Below are positions 47,640-58,402 of a stretch of 64,000 nucleotides of DNA, one piece after another (the first letter of the stretch is position 1; every line of letters begins with the position of its first letter). Source of the DNA: Setoptus koraiensis. Its lineage: Eukaryota > Animalia > Arthropoda. The position numbers were made by a program, and so were the translations under genes. The notes below the pieces were generated by a model, which saw nothing but the letters and a program-made list of their open reading frames with translations, made no database searches and was not told the DNA's origin. Location: NCBI GenBank assembly GCA_048013815.1, contig CM106585.1:16988001-17052000 (forward strand), written 5' to 3'.

Positions 47640-48843
47640 GACGGAATATGAACTATGCTTCGAGTTGATAGCGATATTTCCTCGGTTCCACTATTAGTTA
47701 TATTTCACTATTTGTTTCGGATATTCTGGGGTTACTTTGGACTCAAGTTATTTGGCGAAGCTGATAAAATGACTGAGGCAACGAGAACAAAATTGCGCAT
47801 CATCAAAGTTGCGACAATTCATTCAACTTGCACTAGTGGCGGTTCAATCATCCATCATGAAGTTGGAACATTGTCTAAACAATTGCAGTGGTTCAGTTCA
47901 ATAAATGTCCGCGAGAGACGCTCTCCATCGTCTAACAATGCTCTAGTCGATGGACGTTTCAATGCTCATGTGTCCCACTACTAGAAAAAGTGTATCAATC
48001 ATGAAACAAGTGCAAAGTTGAAACGTTGTTCGGAACACCCTACAACTTCGGTCTGTAAATTTAAGTGCGGCACAAACGCCTCTAGCGAACTTTTATCAAA
48101 CGAAAAGTAACTGCGTCGAAAATTGTCAACTGGGCATACGCAATGACGAAAAGAACAACAATGGCAAGTGGATGTAGAGCAAGTGGAACAATTTACCTGC
48201 CAACTTTCAGTCTTACCTTTGTAAGAAGAACTAGAAAGTCACGATTGGTGGGATGATTCGTTGAATTACTCCCAGGTGACTAGTCGTAATCGGATGTACT
48301 TGAATGCGAGATCTAGTACGGAAAGAAACCTCGCCAAGACGGAATGTCGTAATGCTCGAATTAAAATCACCAGTGACACATTTCTTCTCATGGTACAAAT
48401 TATCTCATAGAAAAGTCACACCTCTTAACTAACATTGAGCTCGACTTTATTTGTGCGATAAAAGTGCTGATCACAGAACAAACTAATTTTCAATTATTGA
48501 GTTGAGCATCCACGAGTTATTTTATTTTTCTCCAACATTTTGTTGACGATTGAATACTATATTAAGCGAAGAACGTCTATCTATTTAACACTCTCAACAT
48601 GAAGTTATAATGTCCACCCTAGCTCGGTCTCTGAAAGCTCCAGTAGTAGACATTATCAACAATCAGTTTAGACTTCGATAATTTTCAAAGTGATATTCGT
48701 CCATGAATATTCACACAGAAAATAGTCGCTCTAAATTTCTCAAGTCGAGATACCTGATCCATAAAAAATCTGTCATATTATATCGTTTGTCTCACATGGT
48801 CTGGACATACGTTTTGATCCAATAATTTAAATGTTTTTTTACA

Positions 48844-50981
48844 TTATCGTAAAATGTTCTTCGTGGTTGGTAAAAGACGCTGCAGATCACCAATAAGTCC
48901 GCCTTTAAATATCCAAGGTTCTTGCTCATCGGATGTATATGTTTCTTTGTATCCCTTGGCGTATGCGACGGGGTCATAGAAGTCATCTAATGAGGCATTT
49001 CTACAGCCTAAACACGAGTGGCAAGAAACGAAATAGTGAACTAATAAGATATCATGCTTCGGTATGGAATGAGGAAAAAAGAAGAGAACTGCTGATACTT
49101 ACCTACACATTTGACATAGTTACTCAATAAAGTTGTTATGTCACGTACCTCTAAAAGATAAGGATATATGTCATGCAGCAAAGACTTATTTTGACATTCT
49201 GATGTTAGTCTATAGAGTAACTCGGCGATTGATGAGCTCATATTCTCGAAGTTTTTCGCGTGATCGAACCACATTTCAGGTGTTCTCGTTTCACTATGCT
49301 TCCCTGAATACTCTTCATCAGACACTGATGCAGTTTTATTTGACGGTTCGCTACTTTTTGAAATATCAGTTTCTTTACCAGAGTCGTCGCCAGCGTTGCT
49401 AGATAAGAGGTCACAATTGGCTCTTAACCATTGAAACTCTCTTAAAAGTTGCAAGCCTCTAGGTCCATGTTCGAATGGCAAATAAAACAAGTCAACCAAC
49501 AAGGCGAGATGGTTAGAGCTAAGTTGCTTGTGCTTTGAAGAATCCTCGGAAATTCTTTGGGAGTCAATGCACAATGGACAATCTTCGCTGGTCTGTGTCT
49601 GATCTCTGAAATTCGGATTGTTGATATCCATAGGCTCACTATCTTTCTCTTTGGATGAATCATACGGTGGTTCTGAGTGCATTCCTTCATGATCAAAATT
49701 AGATTGACTCAATGAGGTTTTACGGATATCAAACAAACTCTCATCTGATGAATCAATTCTTATATGATCCGAGGAACATGCCGACTCTTCCTCAACCATT
49801 GAGTCAGCTACCATAGGCTCCTCCTTCTGGAATAGATTCATGGCAGCAGATAGAGCGACGTTTCCGGATTGACGACATTCGCCAAGTCTTTCGCCAGCAG
49901 GAGACTCTTTATTCTCGGCAAACATTGGCAACCAATCTTTGATAGCCTCTTCGAGCGCTAGCTTGGGATCATAGACACACGACATCTGATTTTCATTGGA
50001 CTCAGGATTGTCGTTCACATATTGCATACTAGATTGATCTTGTATTTTAAGATTAAGGCCTAACAAATCACAGAAATTCTCAGTCTTGGGCTTAGCATCC
50101 TCCGAGCATTTACTCCATCGTGCAAATGTATGTATAGGTATGTAATTAGCCTCGTATTCACAATTGGGGTTGGTGAGTACACCTCTTAGTTTAGGTATTA
50201 GTTTGGTAGATCGGCCGCAGTAAGGTCCAAGAAACATTCTTTTCTTGTCGTAATCGTTTGCGTGTAAATTCTCCCAAATCAACGGAGGTCTGCGAATGAC
50301 TTGTGTCAATATCATGATAGAGTCCTCAGTGATAACTTTTGAAATAACACGTGAACCACTCCACATAATATCAATGTTTGGTTTAAGTTCTCTACCTATA
50401 GTATTGAGATATTCAGATTCCGGTACATTTGGTACTGCTCTAGACTCGCAATACTCTGTCGGGCAGAACAAGAATTTCGGCTCGCCGAGGTGTTCATATA
50501 TGAGGTTAGTGATGGAAACTTGAGCTGTGGCGTATGTCTTGAATACTTCTTTATCATCGTTATTGTTGGTGGGTTCTATGTCGTCAAATAGCAAAGCAAA
50601 TGAGGTACAACCTAGCTCAACTAATTGATCGAATTTTTTTATTAGACAGGTAACGTCTTTCGAATTTGAATATACCATGTCTAATCCTGGTGCCAGTGAA
50701 TAGTAAAAGTCTATATTGTATTTACCCGCTTCTTCAATCAGTGATTTAAGATGGTCAGCCTCATCTTTGTTGTAAGGCTCACGCCAATTGGCACGATGTT
50801 TTAGATCATCCTTTGGGGCATACATAAAAGAATTCAATCCAAACGAATGCATCTTCTTAAAGAGGTCTTTCCTTTGTTCGCATGTCCACGGCTTACCATA
50901 AAAGCCCTCAACCACGCCACATAAAAATCTCGATTGACCCTCGCTACATGTGACGGATGTTGGCTTAATTTCCTCATCCAT
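48844..50981 (-). CDS. OGA: O-GlcNAcase (GH84), ~680 aa, no pseudo-HAT domain
   Basis: Exons 50981-49103 and 49007-48844 (phase 1). GVVEGFYGKPW, YAPKDD, catalytic FALLFDDI, PTEYC, HANDYD. Exon 2 encodes the last stalk helix EPWIFKGGLIGDLQRLLP, then TAA. Confidence 0.93.
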
Positions 50982-52140
50982 ATTGGTGGCAGTTGTTGTT
51001 GTGCCTATGTCTCATACCAGTGAAATAAACTGTCTCTATAACTGTGTCACTTATATAAGCTGATATTGACAATTCAGCCAAATGAGTTCCTATGTGAAAT
51101 AACAGAAATAGATAACTGTAATACTAGTAATTGTAAATGACAATTGCTTGATGAAATCTATCTCACAGCGGGCTATTCCATTGTTCTATGATCTTATCGA
51201 TGATAAGTCCTGAATAGAAACCGGGATATCTTGTGCATTTGGATGTCGAATTCTGTTGTGCTTCCATTGTGCCAACAACACAGTATTTGAATTATGTGCA
51301 AATGCACAATTTTGCCACAAAATCAATCTCATGTACTTTTCAGTGAATGATTCTTAATTTGATATTTCGAATGACTTGAGACTTTTCGAAAAAAACCAAG
51401 TTACGTTCATCTTGTCGTTCTCTTTTGATCTGGCCTGTAAATATATTTTAGGATAATGTATCGAGAGTGATGTTCATATAAGTTTAAATTGATTCAACCG
51501 ACGACACTGGAGTATTTTGATAAGCTAGCACACAAGGTGTGGAATGCTGTGCAAAGCTCACGAGAAAAGCTTTTATTTGTCATCTGTGCTTGTTGTGCTT
51601 ACTGTTTGCGCTTTTCCTAATGTCCGATGATTATTTTCTTTTTTTGATTAGGCTAGGAGCGCGCAGAGCGTTTCGGATGCAGACTCAAATAAAGAGTGTT
51701 ACGTTAAATGTTTATTTACTTCAATTCAGTTTCGCATGGATTCAAGCAGATGAGTGTACGTGCAATTCGACGCGAGGTGGCGCATCGGCCGTTCATATTA
51801 TTGTACGCGATCCTGCAGATAAGCACTCCCCGAGATCACTGGTTTGCACTGCAAAAGATGGACCAAGTGAGCCGCCCTGGCGGAATAAAAAGAAACAATC
51901 ATCGAACGTTGAGAAAAGCGCACACAACACGGTTGTGAATGGTTATCAGACAACCGAAATCACAACCGAATTTAGCGCAAATTCTAGAAAGTGAGCACGC
52001 GCAATCATAAATGTTGCACGTATCAATTTCGGCCGCCATAAACCACTGTAACAAGTGTCACAATTAATACGCCAAACGATTCTCTATTACTGTAATAAAA
52101 ATAATAAATTTCATGTAAAACAAAATATCAATCAACTACA

Positions 52141-52539
52141 ATGGATAAAAGAGACGACCGTCCTTCTTATGAGCAAAGATCTCAGTTGGCAGATCTGTTG
52201 AAGAAGAGATTGGATGAAACTGGTTGGACACGTGACTTTGAGAGATCAATAAAAGATATTGTAACGGGCAAACTCGATGAAAATGGGAAAATAGATATAA
52301 ATAAAGTCATCCACGAGGTCATGCCGACAGCCATAGATAGCATCCCGAAAGATTTCAAAGAAGACTTCAGAATAAAGATGAGCTCAGTACATGCCAAGAA
52401 ATCAGAAGCCGCACTACCGCCACCACCACCTCCACCAAAACAACAACAACAACCATTAATGCAGAGGACTACCCACATGAACCCTTCAATTGTTAACCAA
52501 ACCATTCTCGAAAACGTGACCATGTGTATGTCGCCATAA
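52141..52539 (+). CDS. ENY2: ENY2/Sus1-like (SAGA DUB module / TREX-2 adaptor), divergent
   Basis: QLADLLKKRLDETGW...I..V..EVMP.A...IP..FKED resembles ENY2 RLKELLRAKLIECGW...LVAEITPKG..LVP..VKKEL. Extra Pro/Gln C-terminal tail. Confidence 0.7.
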   Translation: MDKRDDRPSYEQRSQLADLLKKRLDETGWTRDFERSIKDIVTGKLDENGKIDINKVIHEVMPTAIDSIPKDFKEDFRIKMSSVHAKKSEAALPPPPPPPKQQQQPLMQRTTHMNPSIVNQTILENVTMCMSP

Positions 52540-52815
52540 TTATTAATCGCCGTAAGCCCAAATTAAAGCAATCACCAATACAAACCAGTTCTACTTATAT
52601 CTCTACCGATATGAACTTTCGGTTTTCTCCTCCTCCTAAAATTCACTAATATTGCTACTTCGTGAATAATCTTTTAGTCTGTAACATTCCAATTAGAGAT
52701 TAGATTGATATTCATTGATGGTCAGAGAAAAACTAGGCCATAATCGCATCACATCCTTGACTGATACACTGTATGATCACATGTATTGAGTTCACATGTT
52801 GTCTATTTAATTATT

Positions 52816-54787
52816 CTATAATTGGTTCAATCTTATCTGAACTGGCGTAACAAAACCATCTGGTTTCCTTTCTAATTTTGTGGAAAAATTACAAAGACTA
52901 AACAAATAGGGGTGCCTGTATGTTGAGACGATAACAAAGTTTTGATTTACCATCAGTCTTCAAGCACAATGTCGCTACTTTACTTAAAGTAAAATTTTTT
53001 TGTACTCCATCGAGGAAGGGATTGTATTTCCTATCGTACCTCATGTCTTGAGCTTCCAAACTTGGACAAGTGTTTTGATAATCATCAATACTGAACCGTT
53101 TGATATGCTTTGCTCTCGGTTTTTCATCAAAATCTTCGTCATCTTGAGACACCATTCTCTTTTGATTGGCCGACTTCTTTAAGCTTAAATTTAATGGAAG
53201 TAGGTGACCTTCGGTTGAAAAAACGTAGTCGTCTAAGTCTACAAAAGTCTCGTTGGGCGCACTGAACAATAAGTATAGATACTTGAGAGTTTCCGCAAGG
53301 ACAAAAGATGCCATCCTATCGTCGTGTACACCAGTTCTGACATCTTTCAAGCCTGCGAAACCACAATCCACCTTCAAGTCTTTGAGATTTTCGAGGGCTT
53401 TCTTACCTATCTCTAGATAGTAATCTTCATTTGTTGCTTTATGCAGAAAGTAGGTCGACTCTAGAAATTCTGGCCTCATCTGATGATTTGCCCAGTAAAC
53501 TTGCAAGTCGGTTGTGAACGCCTCAGGTAAATAAGTGTGTTTCTTGATTACTTCATTGAACATAGAATGAGTTGATATTGCAGATCGTAGATCACCCTTC
53601 AATACTTGTAAACCTGGCCAAAAAGCAGACAGAGCGTCCATAAATCCTTTGGCTAACCTGCTCGGACGGTGCATTTGAACATCAACGAGGAAAGGCCCCC
53701 TACTTACGTATCGCATAACGCTGGCATAGTGACGGTTGAAACGCTTGAGAAAAACGTCATCGCCCAGCAATATGTAAGCTTTGAGCAAATATTCGTAATA
53801 ACTATCGGATCCAGCACCGACTCCAGATTCGCGGTGGATCCATTCTCCACTTTCTATATCCAATACTGTTCCTACCAAGTCGGTGCTTCTATGGCGATGT
53901 TCCCAAAGAGAATCCATAGCAAGTCTGGCTTTATCTTCATAAATCGGTTCACCTGTGAGACGACTTAAAGTAGCGAACTCTAATATAAGCGAGCCGGCAC
54001 AAGCGGTGCATGTCTTTTGCAATGATTTAAGCTCTCTTGTATTGATACCATGTCGGAGATTTACTCTCGGATGAGGTATACCAGTCTTGGTATCGAAAGC
54101 AGGAAGTAGCCTGTCGCCGAGATCTTTAGCTAGGTCTAGCAATTGGGAGCTGTACCAATCGAGGCTGTTATTGGTGGGGTTGTAAGGCACATTCTTGTTA
54201 TAATTTTTATCTTGTATGGACTTGGCTAACATGTGAGCGCTCAGTAAACCGCCCAACATCCTGATATTTGTCTCGAACACCGATACAACGATATCTATAT
54301 CAAAAGTGAGGTCCTGGGTAAGACGCTTGACGGCAGATTCGAATTCGTACAGTTCGCCCATTAGAACGAGAGTGTCAAGGCTATCGACTAGTGTTAATGA
54401 AAAATTACCAATTGAATCATCTATATCACTAGAATCTTCTATCTGTCTATACCTACCTTGACAAGATATGGGCAAAATCTCGTCAGCAGGGTAGGTATTG
54501 ATGTACGAATTGTAGGCATGAAAGAACATGGACTTCACTTCATCTCTCAATCGGAGCCTTTCAATTTGATCAAACGTCCTAACAGAATCTATTATAGTGG
54601 TCACCAAGACTAAAGATATAAATAGATAAATCAATAAATGCCTGGTATCTGTGAGATTGGAAATCCTCCGATTGCACATTGTCTGCTGAAGATCGGTATT
54701 GGATTGTGGTCCGTTGCGGAAAGATTCATCACAGTTGGTCAATCGTTTCTGGAATTCAGTATTGCTGTTGCACGTTGGTTCTTTCAT
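52816..54787 (-). CDS. EDEM3: ER degradation-enhancing alpha-mannosidase-like 3 (GH47), C-terminally short
   Basis: Main exon 54787-52951 plus probable exon 52871-52816 (phase 1); unspliced frame stops at 52898. PADE..P.SC.GR, FSLTLVDSLDTL, VSVFETNIR, EDEM3-type TCTACAG, DSYYEYLLK, RPEFLESTY, STEGH. Confidence 0.9.
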
Positions 54788-55977
54788 CTTGCCTATGATT
54801 TTATCAATATAGATCTGATCTGCTAGTTGTTAGTATATCATATCAGTCAAATCCATTAATTTGTCGATTACTATTGTTGTGTTTGGTTATCAATCGTTTT
54901 GGCGTGGTTTCGTGTAGACTTGAAGATAAGCTAGTATCTGGTAACTAAATATAAATATATTAATGATTATAACTTATATATATCTTGATATGGGGGAATG
55001 CTAGTCTAGGGAACAGCGGTTGGTTAAATTATAATCTATCTATGGTCTAACTTTGTGTGATTTATATGCATAGCTGTTGATTCATATTTGATGTCCCGAT
55101 ACTTTGATCCATGTTAAAACAATACACTATTTTATATCCCTGGAGATGGATCCTCTTATGTGTAAATCTGCGAGAGCTCAAATCAAGCATCACATGTGGG
55201 TGTGTTTGCTCTAGTTGAGTGTTAAAATAATTATTAATTGAATTTGTCTGATGCAAATAACTGTCTTGACACAAGATGCGTATATAATGCAGTATTGTAA
55301 CAAGGGCAACGTCGCAGTACATGTACTCATTGGCAATAAATATAAACAAATGACAATGCTCACCTTGGAAATGCTGTAGTTCAGCAGTCAATATGGAAGC
55401 TGAAAATGATGGAGGATAAAGAAAGGTACGCCGGGTTCGTCTCGTCTACATACACGCCCTCATAGTGCAAATTTTGCCCGATGGATCTCTCGTGAAATAT
55501 CCCTCGCGATATTTTTGGCCAATAGATCGGCACTAGATCCGACATCGTGAAATATAACTAGTGATTAGAAAATGAGGTCTCAACCTCAAACAACCGGCTA
55601 TCGGGCTCGGTAAGATTATTCCGCTTAATGGGTAGATTTATCCAGTGTGTGGGCGTGTCAAGATAAGAAATATCGCTGCCGGTTCTTTTGCACACTATGC
55701 TGGTCCTTTCGCTTGTACATGTGTATAAAATACTATGATGTAAAATATCAGCTGTCTTTCGCTCTGGATACGCAAAGTCAATTGTTAGTCGAAGTTTGCC
55801 TACAAAAGTCCAGATATCCCCCAGTGAAGAGAGGAAACATATCATGATTATGTGCTCGTTATTATTGTTATCCATGTAGCAGTTAACGAATCGAGGGATA
55901 AATTACATCCAGTCACCCTTCAAGCAGCCCACTATTTAGAAAGTTAACCCCATCATTTTCTAAGTCACATAAGTAAA

Positions 55978-58172
55978 ATGCAAATTCAATCTGATAATAA
56001 CATCAAAGGCGACGAAATAAAAACTCAATTTAGAACTAGAGAGGGCTATTACAAGCTGATGACTTCGCCTGATTATTCGCAAAGATCACAAAGAGCCATA
56101 GGATTTAGTAGCACGGGAACATCTAGTAGCGGCACATCAAGTAGTGGCACCTCTTGTAGTGAAAAGACTTGTATCAAGATATCATTGGTTCGCATCAATA
56201 GTCCAAAGAATAATGGCAGCAATGCTAAATGGAGACTCGGAGACAAGAAGATCTGCTTTAATGTTGGACGCGATCTATTTGTCTACAACTATGAAGGTGT
56301 GAGACGTGGCCCCGACGCCAGTAAACCAATATACAAGAGAGCTTACAAAGGATCACTACCTACATGTCATGATTTTAATCAAACAACTGCCACATTAGAG
56401 TCAATACCGTTACTCATAGGATTCTCTCATGGTCAAATACAATTGATTGATCTACTTCGCAAAAACGAACAGGAAATTGTCAAAGAATTTAATGTTGACA
56501 GATTGATAGATAAAACCAAAGTTACCTGCATCAAATGGGTACCTAATTCATCTAATTTATTCCTCGTGTCACACGTTAGTGGTCAATTGTACCTTTACAA
56601 AGACGATTTACCTTGTGGAGCCACCGCCCCTTCTTACCAGCAGCACAAGCAAAATGAAGGAGCCACTATATATACTTGCAAGACAAAAACTACTAGGAAT
56701 CCAATTCATAGGTGGTCGCTAGGAAATAACAATAGTAGTAATAATAGTTCCTCGTCAAATTTACAATCAGCGAATGTTAATAGTTCCTTGAACGAATTTT
56801 CATTTTCACCTTGTGCCAAATATTTGGCCTGTGTCAGTCAAGATGGTTTTTTGAGAGTATTCTGTTATGATACAATGGATTCAATTGGTAGAGTACGCAG
56901 TTATTACGGTGGCTTATCTTGTGTCTGTTGGAGTCCAGATGGGAAATATGTTGTGACAGGCGGCGAGGATGACCTCATAACAGTGTGGTCTTTCTTGGAG
57001 AAGCGCGTTGTTGCTCGTGGACAAGGTCACAAATCATGGGTTAGTGTAGTGGCTTTCGATCCTTACTACACAGGCTACGATGATGTCTCTGATGACAATG
57101 ATAATGATGATGACGACGACGACGATGAAGACGACACCGATGATATGATTCATGATCTCAATGATAGTGACAATGAAGAACATGGTAGCATACAGCAAGA
57201 TGATAGACATTTTCGGCATTCGACAATGACACGACGATCTCGGACAACCATGGAACAGAAGTCACCGTCTCATACTATCGTATCATCGGACAGGCGCTCA
57301 TTACCCACGATGACATCATACAGGTTTGGTTCGGTGGGCCAAGATACACATTTGTGTTTCTGGGATCTCAATGACGACATCATCACACAGCCGGTCGCTA
57401 AATCACGAACTAGTGTTCTTATCAATAGTAATAACTCGACAATCCCGATGAACAAATCTAGTTTTCTACCAAATTCGTCGGCACACATTAGTACATTTAA
57501 CCAAATGAATTCTAGGCAAACTAATGAATTATGTCCAACGAATAGTAGTGGAACTCTCTATCAGTCCCACCATCATCAACAGTCCAACCAGGTAGCAATA
57601 AACAAAACAAGCAATCAAACCCCGAGCGTGTTGTCAAGTAACCTCGTGAAAACAAATTCCGACTCTGCTCACCCGCAGCAAAATCATGGTATCTACAGTA
57701 GTAAATCTTTCACTTTAGGTAAGAAAGATAAAAGGAGTTTCAGCCTTACTTCGAGAAACAGCGACAAGAGTACTATGAATAGGTCAAATCATGCAAAATC
57801 CCTCGATGACCCAGTCAGATTGTTGGGATCCCCTGTTTGCCCCTATATAGATGATGTGCCTGTGCTAGAGCCAACAGTTTGTAAAAGGATATCTTATGAA
57901 CGATTAACCTCGCTCATATTTTGTCAAGACGGCTTCATAACCTCTTGCCAGGAGGGAGTTGTATTCTCATGGGCGAGACCGATGCGGGTAAGTGATAGTT
58001 AACGTCATACTTTCGTTGATCATTATAAAACCAATCGAGTTTCGACAATATTCAAACAATTTAATCTTTCTTTTTGTATTCACTGCAGGCTAATAACCAT
58101 TTGCTCTCAAGTGCTGGCCAAAGCAACGAGGAGCTGCATGTCATCGACGTGGGCACTAGTTCTGTGGTCTAA
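55978..58172 (+). CDS. WDR20: WDR20/DMWD WD40 protein (USP12/46 cofactor)
   Basis: Exons 55978-57987 and 58089-58172 (phase 0); unspliced frame stops at 58002. EIKTQFRTREGYYKL, PTCHDFN, SYYGGLSCVCWSPDGKYVVTGGEDDL, YRFGSVGQDT.LC.WDL, ERLTSLIF...ITSCQEG. Confidence 0.94.
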
Positions 58173-58402
58173 AAATAAAATTTCTCTCTTCAACCAGTTT
58201 AGATCAACCATTAAAATATATTTCTGTGTCACTACTAGAATAGCATTCCTTGTTTCTCTATTTTTAGCTTGAATCTGAAAATCATGAATCGCAATTTGAG
58301 AGTACAATTAACATTTCGTTTGTACGACCACTGTCACTGAATTACTGACTGAGATTATCATCACTATTGATCATTGATTAGAATTTCAAGTAGAACTTGA
58401 TC

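Noticed and set aside
48125-48220. Intron-like AG|GTAAG...CCCAG on the minus strand as a route to an OGA pseudo-HAT exon
   Set aside because: Lies after the OGA stop and all joined frames close quickly; at most a UTR intron.
51539-51994. 151 aa ORF upstream of ENY2
   Set aside because: GTG start, runs through an intron-like pyrimidine tract, no motif; more likely UTR or promoter.
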